From Chara braunii (lineage: Eukaryota; Plantae; Charophyceae): a stretch of 64,000 bases of DNA. The stretch lies in contig BFEA01000008.1 in the NCBI GenBank assembly GCA_003427395.1, forward strand, positions 2,174,336-2,238,335, read 5' to 3'. Each line of letters opens with the position of its first letter. Positions within the stretch are counted from its first letter, which is position 1. The notes below the pieces were generated by a model. The model searched no databases, was not told where the DNA came from, and worked only from the letters and a program-made list of their open reading frames with translations. Both the position numbers and the translations under genes were made by a program. Below, piece after piece: positions 11,630 through 24,614 of the stretch.

Positions 11630-13048
11630 CTGTCAAAACACAGGAGAAATAGAACACTTGCTGCTGCACGTCAATGCAGGCTGTAGCGCAGCGAAAACCG
11701 CACACGAAGACACCCGGGCACCCAAATCCGGAACGGTGAGAAGGGGTAGTCCGCCGGGATCCGAACTTCAAGTGAGCAAGAGACCGAGAGGCAGACAGAG
11801 AGAGAGAAGCAAGTGAAAACTCGCAGTGCGCATGGGATCACGCGCTGTTTATGCAACACACAGGGCACCCCGTAGAACAAAGATAGACAAACGCACAGTG
11901 AAAATCGCGAAGTCCGCCGGGATCCGAACTAAAGGACGGTGCGTGAGATAGAGACGGTGGAAGCAGATTTCGGGAATTTTTCGCAGGAATCAACTGGCGG
12001 TCATGTTCGAAGCTCTCCGGGTGAGATAGAGCCAGCGTCCCAAAACCGTGCTCGACCAAACGCACTCCGGAACCGTTGTTGGGCGGGTTATGCAACCCAC
12101 CCGGAACCACGAAGACTCACGACAATGCAACGCACCTCCCGAAACGTGAAGTTCGCCGGGATCCGAACTTCAGGACGATGCGACAGGCAGAAACGGCGTC
12201 AGGGACACACGATCCTTAAGTCTAAGGTTGTTAAACTCAACCCCGACCCAGGAAGACCACATCGGAATGAAAGGCTGGTTGAAACTAAACCGAACTACTT
12301 CTGATTTCCGATCTCGCGTTATGCACAACTTGGCACTGGATGAACCCAAGCTCGAAAGCGACAGCCGTGTCAACATTTCATAGGTCCTTGGACTCTGGCT
12401 GTTGCCGGAATCCACGAGGGATCCGGAAGACCACCGTCTGTGGCAATAGACAGGCGACTCCTGAAGTTCGCCAAGACCCGAACTTCAGGAGGACGCGAGA
12501 AAGAGAGACAGAGAAAAACATTGGAGCAACTTCGAGTCCAAACGCAAGACGGTGTTCGACCAAGGCGCACCAGGAAAAACCCCGAGGTTCCACAGCCGAC
12601 CGCAGGTTTTGATGGCAGCAGTCATTGAGTCCAGGCATAATTGGTAGCAGGACCGTTTCCGACTCCGCTCAGCACTCGAAGCTCGGAGGCCGGTAGGACG
12701 CACAGGCCAAACCGCGAAGTTTGTCGGGATCCGAACTTCAAGAGGGCGCGACACCGAAAGAGACGCATGCACTAGCAACTGCTGCCTCCCGCGCCTTTCT
12801 CCACTACTAAAACTCTGCTATGTTCGGCAGTACACAAGCCTCTCACTCGTCTCCCTTCTTTTCGCTTAAGCAGGATGTCCAACCACACATCCAAATTTTG
12901 TGACAATCGCGGTTACCCGGGGACGAGGTCGCGAACCGTAGCCATACGAAGCATTCATTGATGATCCGTAAACGCGGACCAGCGGATCGTCGACCGTTGC
13001 AGTTTCTGAAAAGACGGACATGTATTTCATCCTAACAAACACTCCCGG

Positions 13049-13962
13049 TCATGCTAAGGAGTTCCCTATACAGCCCCGTATGGCGGACACTTTCTCCTCG
13101 ACCTCCCTATGCAACGAAAAGTTTTGGACCGGCCCTGCTATAACCAAATCTCGCCACCCATCTACACGTTCAGGCCCGCGCGTCGGCACGAATTTGGACC
13201 CCTCAATTACCACCTCGTTGTGTGATACAAGCACAACTGCATCGACGAGTTTCCTGCTCTTGTTCGACACAGCGACACATAGAACTCTGGCGAAATCAGA
13301 CCCAGACACTTTCAATCGCACACAACAGTATGACACAACTTGTGGAGAATTCCCGGGGCACCGGAGCGGGTACTGGTCCAAGAACGAGCAGTGACGAGCG
13401 CAGTCCAACAACTCTTGTTTCCACGAGCCTCCCCAAGTTCGTGGCGACGACCTGACCTGACATAGTGGCATTCGAGGTGGCTGAAATTGCGGCTAATGCA
13501 GCCCAGTGCTCTGCGCATGTGGTTCAGGAACTTGTGTCCGAGGACAGCATTAGGCAGCGGGATGAGGTTCCCGAACTCCAACATGTTGGCGAATTTGTAC
13601 TGGCTTGCCCAAGGGCAGCGACTCTCCATCGTGGCCCAATTCCCATCACACCAATCGTCAATATCCGCGTCCCTGCATGGGACAACGGTCATCCAGGGGT
13701 CCTCGTCGAAGTCCTCTGTGGTCGCTTCGTGGATCGTAGTCACACCGTTGAAATGCCGCACTGATCTCGCGCAAGGAGGAAACGGTTCTGCCAAGCAAAT
13801 GTGCGTTTCGGGACTCATGGTTTGTGGTGTCGAGAAGATCGACTCAAAGATTCGTGGTGTCGAGAAGGTCCCATCCATTACGTGCCCTACACACCACGCG
13901 CACATACCAAACGACACACACGGGGACGCTGACACTCGTAAACATAGTTGGCGAGCAATCAA
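13049..13962 (-). pseudogene. Frameshifted ORF pair of unknown function (cargo gene or upstream exon)
   Basis: Overlapping ORFs 13312-13962 and 13049-13471 give a complex, protein-like ~280 aa with a shift near 13450; same strand as the other cargo. Confidence 0.4.
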
Positions 13963-13977
13963 ACGACATAGGTCCCT

Positions 13978-14890
13978 CGCTGTGGTTGTGCACTGGGGTT
14001 GGAACGCAAGTTGGGTTTTACGAAAGGCAAGAACCTGAAGTTCGCTGGGATCCGAACTTGGCGAAATGCCGTGGGAGAGACACAGTTGTCTATCAAACTC
14101 GCATTTCCATTCTTTCTTGAAGTTCGGATCCCGGCGGACTTCACATTTTCACAGGTCCACTGTTGTGGTTGTGCACTGGGGTTGCAACTGGAGTTGGGTT
14201 TTACGAAAGGCAAGAACCTGAAGTGCGCTGGGATCCGTACTTGGCGAAATGCCGTGGGAGAGAAATAGTTGTCTGTCAAACTTGCCTTTCCATTCTTTCT
14301 TGAAGTTCGGATCCTGGCGTACTTCACATTTTCACAGGTCCACTGCTATTGTTGTGCACTGGGGTTGCAACTCGAGTTGGGTTTTACGAAAGGCAAGAAC
14401 CTGAAGTTCGTCGGGATCTGTACTTGGCGAAATGTCGTGGGAGAGAAACAGTTGTCTGTCAAACTCGCCTTTCCATTCTTTCTTGAAGTTCGGATTCCAG
14501 CGGACTTCACATTTTCACAGGTCCACTGCTGTGGTTGTGCACTGGGGTGGCAACTCGAGTTGGGTTTTACGAAAGGCAAGAACCTGAAGTTCGTCGGGAT
14601 CCGTACTTGGCGAAATGCGGTGGGAGAGAAACAGCTGTCTATCAAACTCGCCTTTCCCTTCTTTCTTGAAGTTCGGATTGCAGCAGACTTCACATTTTCA
14701 CAGGTCCACCGCTGTGGTTGCCCGATGGGGTTGCACCGCGTGCTAGGTCTTGCGGAAGGTGTGAACCGGAGGTCCACCAGGATCCGAGCTTGGCGAGATT
14801 ACGTGGGAGAGACACAGATGTCTATCAAACTCGCCTTCCCATGCTTTCTTGAAGTTCGGATCCCGGCGGACTTCATATTTTCATAGGTGC
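13978..14890. repeat. 183-bp tandem repeat x5
   Basis: Units start at ~13981, 14164, 14347, 14530, 14713; each has two oppositely oriented 24-bp motifs. Confidence 0.92.
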
Positions 14891-16153
14891 CCCGCTGTCG
14901 TGTGGTGGCTGCAAAACGTTCGTCGTTGGATGACCAACAAGTTTCGATGACCGACGAGGTTTGCCTTCCAGTGGCGTTCGATGTCCGCCAACATTTCGAT
15001 GCCCGCCGAGGTTTGATGGGGCGCCAGGTTCGATGCCAAACAAGGTTCGATGGCCAGCAACGTTTGATGTGCAACAACGTTGTCACGTACTGTCTTTTGT
15101 CCATTCCCGAACAGGGATCGACCTTTTTCATGGGTTTCTACCGTCTGGTGGACCAATCGCCTTGCATGCTGTGTGCGACCAATGGACGAGGAGGCAGGTC
15201 GAATGCAGTGCAATCGGGGCGAGAAAAGTGAACCGCTCGGCTGGCATGTCGGTGCCCTGGTCGGCGAGCGGCCGATCAATCAGCTAATTGGACAACCACG
15301 AACCGAAAAGTTGATCAATCAACTAATCAGTTACTCGTGCTGGATCGGTCGTACGTTTGTTGGATCAGTCGTACGCCTGCCGGTTGGGCGATCGCACAGA
15401 GGGTGATGCCACGGTTGCACCGCAAATACACGTTCGGTTGTATGGTTGGTGGACTGCTGGATCAACCGGTCGTCCGACCGAAGTCCGAACAGTCGTTCAG
15501 TGATGTTGGTAGTGATGGATCTATTGACCAGTCTACTGTTCGCTCGGGGTACATCAACGAGTGTGATGGATCGGTCGCTCGCCGCCCGGTTGGTCGTTCG
15601 CGCATGGTGCCACGTGTGTTTTGTTATTACATTTGATACTGCCAAAAAACACACATGCTGTGACAACATTGAGACAGCACACGCGATCAATCGACCGATC
15701 GCAAGCTCTCTATTCGTGTTCGGCGATTGGTCGACTGGGTGCGTCTACTGTCTCGACAATGTCACCTCCTGCTTTGATTGATCATCCATTCGGCAGATCA
15801 GCGGCGGTATCGTGATCAATCGTGATGGTCCTGTTTATCACTCACGTGCGGTATCGCCGATGTCACCACTCACGTGTGGATGATTGATCTGATGAGTGGA
15901 GAAAGATCCGATCTGCCGCGCGGTTATTATGTTTCGTGATCGGTCGCCTCGCGCTCGATCGAAGCTTTCATCATGCATCAGTTACTCAGCTCATGAGATC
16001 TGCCCAATGAACGACCGATCGAAACACGCGGTGACAATGTCGAGAGTGATCTGATCGTGCTCCGTCGATCAGGACTGCATATAATCAAGGAATATTATCT
16101 ATCTTGTTCTCTGGACTGTCTATAATCAATAATGAATACTATCAAATCAATGA

Positions 16154-16689
16154 ATGTTGTCTATCTACCCATCTATTGTATCTTTGTCGCCGCGTGTTTC
16201 GATTAATCATCCTTTGGGAAGATCGATGGCTACTGCGTTGGGACAGCAAACAGGAACAATGGAGTGTGGTCAGTGGTCAGGATGTGATGAACTGACGAAT
16301 GCCGATAGCTCCGATCGAACGGGCTGTGGCCGGTCACGAAACATAATCACCCCGCGCTCGATCGGATGTTTCTCCATTCATTAGTTTCATACACAACAAG
16401 ATCACATGAGATCCACACACAAACGTGTGGATCTCGTGTGCTCTTGTTGTGTATGAAAATGATGAATGGAGAAACATCCGATCGAGCGCGGAGTGTTTAT
16501 GTTTCGTGACTGGCCACAGCGCGTTCGATCGGAGCTATCGGCATTCATCAGTTCATCACATCCTGACCGCTGACCACACTCCATTGTTCCTGTTTGATGT
16601 TTGAATGTCGTAGCCCTCGATCTGCCCAAAGTATGATTGATCGAAACACGAGGCGACAGAGATACAATAGATGGATAGATGGACAACAG
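16154..16689. repeat. ~535-bp near-perfect palindrome (loop ~16419-16424)
   Basis: Arms are reverse complements (GAGATCCACAC-acaaac-GTGTGGATCTC at the centre); a degraded extra arm lies at ~15875-16040. Confidence 0.92.
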
Positions 16690-17892
16690 ATTACAGTTCT
16701 TCATTACAGCGTACGCAATCGCCGGCTATTACGCACGCACGTCGCTCAATGCCAGAATACATCAGGATTACCCTCGGGATGCGAAACAATTCATTCAACC
16801 ATCGCCGCACACCTTGGCGACAATCTACGCGTGTTCAATCGACAAAACAACACACACGCACATGAACAGACACATGCACACACACACGCACACACAATCG
16901 CACACACGCCGCGTACACAAACACGCCCCTGACATAGAGACACTACATACGCAAACCCAAAAAAAAAAATGCTTTAACACACAATCAGCCGCATGCGCAC
17001 ATGCAAACATACACTCGTCACGCACAAGCAAACACAAACACAACCGCACGCACACATGCAAACACACACTCGTCACGCACAAGCAAACACAAACACAACC
17101 GCACGCGCACCTGCAAACACACACTCGTCCAAACAGCGCAGACGTGTCAGCAGAAAAGCCGCCCACAAGCGCTCACAGAAACACACACGTCCCGGGTTCG
17201 TGCGCACTCACCTTGTGAGAGTGTCGAGTGGAGATGCGTGCGGATCTGGACGTCGATCGAGACAGGAATGCTTCGACCTTGTGCCGTGCGCTTTGTGTTG
17301 GTGATGGTAATGCGTGGAGCGTCGGATGCGCTAATCCAGAATCGAGATGTCGTCGTTGAGTCGACGGGATGTCGACGCGCGACGTCGAAGATGACGCGGG
17401 CAGCGACTAGGGAGGTGGAGGGAGATGCGTCGTAGAAAAGGTAGTGACCGGGGTTTAGAACGACTATCCGTTCGCTTCGCTACCTATGGTGCTCCAACTG
17501 TGCGGGGCGATGGTGTTGACGACAGTGGTGGTGCGAGGCGTCCGTCCGGCAGCATCTCCCCAGCAAAAAACGCAGAAAGCGGCGCTCACGCCCCGGGCGC
17601 CGCTCGTATTTGTAGGCGCGCGTGGGTCGGGTCCCCTTCGGGTCTTCCATTTCGGAGTGCCTCGCAGGGTCCGTTTGACGCCGCGAAAGGTTGGCCACAC
17701 GTCGGTCCGCACATCGAACGGTGGCCACACGTCAAATTTCCCGCTAGGGGGGACCCGGTGCGCGCGACATGGCAAAAAAAGTCCCTTCGAACAGGGCCTT
17801 CCCGGGGGTCATGGAAAAGGGCCGTCGTCCCTGGCCCCTTGCATTCTTGTGTTCGCGTTCGCGGGCCCCACCAAAGGGGTTTTCGGGCTGCG

Positions 17893-17893
<1 letters not shown>

Positions 17894-17933
<40 letters not shown>
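17894..17933 (+). repeat. Poly-G tract (40 nt)
   Basis: Seen directly. Confidence 0.9.
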
Positions 17934-18795
17934 CGGAGGCGGTTGGGCCCGGTTTTCCGCAGTGCGCATTGCGAAGTCGCATTCTGGCTGTTCGATTTGC
18001 GGATCGGACGACCATAGTGTGTCTTCTAACATGGTGTCACGTCCTGCGCGGGCGTCCGACGTGCATTTTCGAACCTGGCGTGGGGTGCGACGACAAATGA
18101 GTATCTGAGTGGGGTCTGGTGCTGCCCATTTGCGTCTCCTGCCCGACGAGCTGGTCCGCGCGACGTCATGTAAGCGACTTCCTCCATCGCCTGAGCAAAA
18201 TCCGTTGTCGCGCCTCGTGTCTCCGAGAGCGGGCGTCTTGATTTCCCCCCGCCATCGCGTCAGTCGAATGACCTTCAACATCCCCTCTTGCGTTCCGCGT
18301 CATCGCGTGTCCGCTGTCGTCTGCGCTTCGCCCTCGTGACATGGCCGACCACGCCATTCAAGGTACAGTGCTGTTCTGTCTGGCCACGTGTCCTCCATCG
18401 ACTACAACTGCTGACGTTGGGGTTGAGGTGCATGCTTGTGTGACCATGAGACGCGTTGCATCGTGCCACGTATAGCGGGTGGCGGGTACCCCTGTCGACG
18501 TGAAGGGATTTGAGTCCGCGGCGTCCATCCCTGCATGTTGTTCACTCTCGCTCATTCATTCCTTTTCTGTGATTCGTTTTCTTGTTCTGTGTTCATTCTC
18601 GCTCGTTCATTCCTTTCATGACTTCATTGCTTGTCCCTTTCGATGTAAACCACCCCCGCGCAGATATGTGCGCGGGATTGAGACGACACTAGTTGCCCTT
18701 GTGTTGCCACGTAGTCGACAGAGCCACATATTCAGTGACGAGAACCTGAACACGGATCGATGACGTCCTCCCGTTGTTGAGCGCCACCCCTACTC

Positions 18796-19085
18796 AGCGT
18801 AAGAGACAGCCACTGCATGCCAAGTGGATGATCGAGAACCGCGCGCAGATCCCTGTCGTGCTCGCACAGTCGCCNCCCCCGCCCCCCCCCCTGTGTGAGA
18901 GAACCTTTCTCTCACACAGGGGGGGGCGGGGGGGGCGACTGTGCGAGCACGACAGGGATCTGCGCGCGGTTCTCCAAATGATTAAATGTGCGAGCACGAC
19001 TGGAGGGCATTTGTGCGAGCACGACTGGGATGCGCGCGCGGCTCTCGATCATCCACTTGTCCTGCATTGGTTGTCTCTTACGCTT
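18796..19085. repeat. GC-rich hairpin/inverted repeat centred ~18905
   Basis: CCCTGTCGTGCTCGCACAG...CTGTGTGAGAGA-acctt-TCTCTCACACAG...CTGTGCGAGCACGACAGGG; outer arms AGCGTAAGAGACA / TGTCTCTTACGCT. Confidence 0.88.
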
Positions 19086-20119
19086 AAGATGGCTGGTGTC
19101 CAACACCGGGAAGACGTCTTGCCACTGAACATGTGCCTCTGTCGCCGTAGAGACCACGTGTCAACCTGTTCCCCCCGCACACAGCGTGCAGATCATCCGT
19201 CCTAGAGCCCACCGATGTTGAGCGCGAGCTGCTGGCGCTGGTCGTGAGCGATGCGCTGCGTCACTCCTTGCGACCAGCGAGAGGAATGTGTGCGCGACAT
19301 CTGAGGGCTCCATGCCAAAGAACGCACAAGCGGTGTGCGCGCGATGGAGAACGACATCGCAAGTCGCCACAACGACGATGCCGTTTTGTCGGCGTGATCA
19401 CCGCTTGCGTCGTGGAGAACACCCCGTGGTCACCGGTTGTGTCGTGAAACACCCCGTTTTGTCGGCGTGATCACCGCTCGAGTCGATGGCCTCGTTCAAC
19501 ATCGAACAACGTGGTCCCCGCCGCGATACCAACGCGGCCTCCATGTTGTTCACTCTCGCTTGTGTCGAGGGCCTCGTTCAACATCGAACAACGCGGCCTC
19601 CATGCTGTTCACTATCGCTTGTGTCGTGAAGTGTCATGGTGATGTCGTCGCGTGGCCATGGGGAAGAGCGCACGCACATGACAACACACCAACAATCATG
19701 TTGTAGTTCGCGCTTGCAGTTGCAACGGCGACCCCACTTGCCCGCACGAGTCGATAGCTCCGAACACCCTGCCAGCCGCCACCGTGCGAGGGTCGCAACA
19801 CGAAGTTCGGATCCCGGCGAACTTCGCTTGTTGGCGCTTGCGATGTGGCGAGCTGCGCAAGGAGTTTGTCGGCGTCATCATGTAGACTTGCGCTGTTAAA
19901 ACCACATAGCCAACGCTGTGAGCTTCCATTGTCGGTGCACGTAATGACACAAAGCGCGTCTGTCGCTTTATTTCCTCTCCGCACGAACGTAAGAGCATAT
20001 CCAACACTTTTGGCTGTTCAAACTACGGTCCAAACATTTCTACAAGCAATTTCTTCTGAAAGAATTCCTGGAATAACCTTCTGAGGCAGCCGCCAGGCCG
20101 TGGTGATGTCACCTTCTAC

Positions 20120-22300
20120 AATCCAAGTTCGGATCTCGGCGGACTTCGGGGTTCCGCGCAAATCCAACCGCCCCGTTCAAGACCCCGGACTGTCCGACGT
20201 GGTCTGCTAGTCGGAAACCCTGGGGTGCGCAAAATGCTCGCTTCGAGAAATGGCTTATAGGGGTTTATGGGGGGGTGCGCCCAAGCATCGCCTGCTTCTG
20301 TGCAAACGCCAAGCACCTGTTCCTATAGATGCGACCGCGCGAAAACCTGTTACTCGCTACACTCGCATCCGCCAAGTTCGGATCCCGGCGGACTTTGAGG
20401 ATCCGCGGGAAACTAACCGTCCTTCGCATGAGGTGTGGACCTTTGCGTGCGAGTTGCTACCGGGAGGAGTATTGGTTCGTAAAATTCCTCGCTGTATGGA
20501 ATGCCCATTCAGGGGTTTACAGGGGTTTCCATCGGTGCCATCAAGCGTGTCCGTTATCGGGGTGCCGTCGATCCCGACGAGTTTTGGCAGTCGGAGGCCC
20601 TGGGGTGCGCCGAATGCTCGCTTCAAGAAATGGCTTGTAGTTGTTTACTGGGGGTGCGCCCAATCATCATCTGCTTCTGTGCAAACGCCAACCAACCGTT
20701 CCAACAGTTGCAGCCGCGCGAAAACCTGAGACTCGCTGCACTCGCATCCTCCAAATTCGGATCCCGGCGGACTTTGAGGATCCGCTGGAATCCAACCGTC
20801 CTACGCATGACGCGTGGACCATTGCGTGCGACTTGATTGCGAGAGGAGTATTGGTGCGCAAAATTCCTCGCCGTCTGGAATGCCCTTGTAGCGGTTTAAG
20901 GGGGTTGTCGTTGGTGGCAGCAAACGTGTCCGTTGTCGGTCTGCCGTCGATCCCGACATGCTCTGGTAGTCGCACGTTCACATAGCTGCAGCCACAAGAA
21001 AATCAGTTGCTCGCTGCACACACATCCGCCAAGTTCGGATCCCGGCGGACTTTGAGGATCTGCGGCAATCTAATCGTCATTCGCATGAGGCGTGGACCTT
21101 TGCGTGCCCGTTGCTTCCGGGAGGAGTTCTGCTGCGCAAAATTCCTCGCCGTCTGGAATGGCCGTGTAGGGGTTTATGGGGGTTGACGTCGGTTACTGCA
21201 AACGTGTCCGTTGTCGGTCTGCCGTCGATCCCGCAGTGTTCTGGTAGTCGCAGGCCCTTCGTTCCGCAAAGTGCTCGCTTCAAGAATAGGCGTTTAGGGA
21301 TTTATGGCGGGCGCGGCCAAGCATCACCAGCTTCTGTGCACACGCCAACCACCCGTTCCAATAGTTGCAACCGCGCGAAAACCTGTTACTCGCTGCACTC
21401 GCATCCGCCAGGTTCGAATCCCGACGGACTTTGAGAATCCGCATGCATTTAACCGTCCTTCGCATAAGGCGTGGACCTTTTCGTGCCAGTTGGTCCAAGG
21501 AGGAGTATTGGTGCACAAAATTCCTCGCCACCTGGAATGCCCGCGTAGGGGTTTATGGGGGTGGTCGTCGGTGACAGCAGACGTGACCTTCATCGGTCTG
21601 CCGTCGATCTATGTTGCCCCCTACGGGTTTGGACCGTCGCGGAGCGCGGAGTCTTGTCGTGGACGTGCTCGTGTTCCGGTGCGCTTTCCGGTTCGCGCTG
21701 TCGCACGTCGACGTTCCCGGCGCGCGAATCGGGGTTCGCCTTGTCGATTGGCGGAGTCGGGGTTTGGGAGGGTTGCAGGGGAGGGGGTCTTTCATCCATT
21801 TCTGCATTTCGACATGTTATTTACGGGAATCTGACCGTGGGAATCTAACCGTTCTTCGCATGAGGCGTGAACCTTTTCGTGCGAGTTGCTTCCAAGGGGA
21901 GTATTGTTGCGCAAAATTCATCGCCGTCATGAATGCCCGTGTAGGGGTTTGTGGGGGTTGCCGTCGATGACAGCAGACATGTCCATTGTCAGTCTGCCGT
22001 CGATCCCGACGTGTTCTGGAAGTCGGAGGCCCAGGGGTGCGCAGAATGCTCGATTCAAGAAATGGCTTATGGGGGTTTGTGGGGGGTGCCCCCAAGCATG
22101 GCCTGCTTCTGTGCAAAAGCCAACCACCCGTTCCAATAGTTGCAGCCGCACGAAAACCTGTTAATCGCTGCACTCGCATTCCGCCGAGTTCGGATCCCGG
22201 CGGACTTTGAGGATCCGTGGGAATCTAACCGTCCTTCGCATGATTCGTGGACCTTTGCGTGTGAGTTGATTGCGCGAGGAGTATTGGTGCGCAACATTAC
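20120..22300. repeat. ~380-bp diverged tandem array (5-6 units)
   Basis: 24-bp motif at 20373, 20752, 21030, 21409, 22185 with shared flanks (CGCGAAAACCTGTTACTCGC, AAAATTCCTCGCCG). Confidence 0.85.
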
Positions 22301-24614
22301 TCGTCGTCTGTGTCTGTAGGGGTCAATTTGGGGTCGCGCTGCGCCGAATTGTATGGTGGTACATCCACCGCTACCCTTTGTTCTGCGAGTGTTGTCGCAC
22401 GACGACCAATTGAAAGCGTGATGGCCTTGCTTCTGTGCGCCCGAAAATAACGTTCCTTGCGTGCCCCCGCTGATGCTCCCTTCAAATGACACCAGTCGCG
22501 CAAAAACCGGTTCCTTGGTGCTCCAAGGCCCGCTTGAACGACGACTCCCTGCGAGCTTCGGGACTCTCCGTTATTCTGACCGTCATTTTCAACGGCTTAG
22601 ACTTCCCCGTGCGTTTTTGTGCGCGGTGGCCTGGTGGTGCGCAAAATTTTTCGTCTTGAGGATTGCCCTTAAAGGGGTTTATTGGGGTTGACGGCGGTTT
22701 CTGTGGCCGGTTCGAAATGCGGTCTGCCGTTGATCTTCGTTGCCCTCCGATNAAAGGAATCGTCGCGACAGGTGAGGTTCAGTCGCCGATATGCTTCTGC
22801 CTCGGCGTGCTTTGCAGTTCGCGCGGTCAGGTGTCAATATTGCCATCGCACAAGTCGGAGATCGCATTCTCGTTTTCGCGGACCAGGATTTGTTGGGGTT
22901 CTGGGAGGGTCTTCCATCCATGGTTGTAATTTTCTTCTCCACGCCGCCTGGGTGTTGGAGTTGAGCGTTGTTCTACCTTTGCCTTTCGAAATCAGGTAGT
23001 TTGGTCGATAGGGGCAATCGGTGTTCGCAGGGGTCTCTTGGGGCCCGCGCTACGACGACTTGTGAGGTGCTGCACTCACGACTAGCCTTCCTACTTACAG
23101 CGGCAGAGCGTGGACACGAGGTTCGGAGCGCGGCGAACTTTCCAGTTCTGGGTGATGCTAACCGTCCTTTTGCGCGGCCTGGTCCATCGCTTGTGTTGTT
23201 ATTGTCGGGGACCCATGGGTGCGCAATCAAGCTCGCCGTGTGTGTTGCCGTGGTTGGGGTATATAGGGGTAGCTAATGGTGGCAGTCATTATTGTCGTTC
23301 GCGTGCGGAGACGCTTCGGTGAGAAGCCGCGCGGGCTGCAAAGGCTTTCAGTACAGACACACATACTTCGAATCGACATGTAGTTACTCGGGGGTTGTGG
23401 GGGTCGGTTGAGGGTCATTAAACCATGTTATTTTTTGTCTTCTTCCTCTCATACCATTGCTTTCGTTACGTCGATTGGCCGACNNNNNNNNNNNNNNNNN
23501 NNNNNNNNNNNNNNNNNNNNNNNNNNNNNNNNNNNNNNNNNNNNNNNNNNNNNNNNNNNNNNNNNNNNNNNNNNNNNNNNNNNNNNNNNNNNNNNNNNNN
23601 NNNNNNNNNNNNNNNNNNNNNNNNNNNNNNNNNNNNNNNNNNNNNNNNNNNNNNNNNNNNNNNNNNNNNNNNNNNNNNNNNNNNNNNNNNNNNNNNNNNN
23701 NNNNNNNNNNNNNNNNNNNNNNNNNNNNNNNNNNNNNNNNNNNNNNNNGGGGGGTTGGCCCTTAATTCTGTAGTAATCGTGCTTACAGTTTGCTCTGCTG
23801 TTTTGCAGGGTGTGGAGACGAATTCGAATGAACCGTTTAATCCGCACTGGATAGTTTAATCGATTTCGCTAACGGGAATCACAACCGTTGCACCGACGGT
23901 TACATGACGGCGCCAAAGACGGCTCGGCGAANGGCCGCATGAAACGGNANATGGAAACTGAAGAAGCCGTCGACTTGCATTGCCAGCTACAACACCTGGA
24001 ATTGGCCCCGACGAGCTCTTCGGACAGTTCGCCGTTCCAACAGTCCACTGCAGTTTTCCTCAGAAAAAGAAGTCTAGCTTTTCGTGAGAGCTTTGGAGGT
24101 TGCATCCAACTGCCTACGGATTTGGCGACAACGTCCGCAGGTGAAGAACCGTCTGCCTCCTGGATCGAGTTCCACTTTCCTGGCGAGGTGAACCTCGCCA
24201 CTTCGGCGCACAGCAGTTGCGCGCGAATGGGTGCTTCTTACACAACATCTGATGACGAGAGTGAGAAGTTGGTGGCCACTGATTACTCATCTGGACAACA
24301 GTCCTCTTCCACTAGACCTTTGCTTCGCGCTACCTCCGGTAGTACGGAGTTGGTAGCCACCGACTATTCTTTGGAGGAACTTTCCACAGCACGGGCAAGT
24401 CCAACGCAAGTGCGAAGTGATGATGCGAGAAGGGCGATACTGCAGATTTTGCCCGCACCTCTGTCAGGGGTGATGCAGAGAGAAGGGCGATGCAGAGAGA
24501 AGGGCGATACAGAGTCAGACTGTGTCGGAAGCGTCTGACACGGGTGATGCAGAGAGAAGGGCGATACTGCAGATTTTGCCCGCACCTCTGCCAGGCGAAA
24601 GACGAACGTATAGC

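Noticed and set aside
13978-14890. CRISPR-like array (also considered for 59910-60750 and the 24-bp motif)
   Set aside because: Sequences between motifs are themselves repeated or irregular in length; no cas genes; eukaryotic context.
14900-23480. Many short six-frame ORFs
   Set aside because: They derive from GC-rich repeats and hairpins, with no coding signature.
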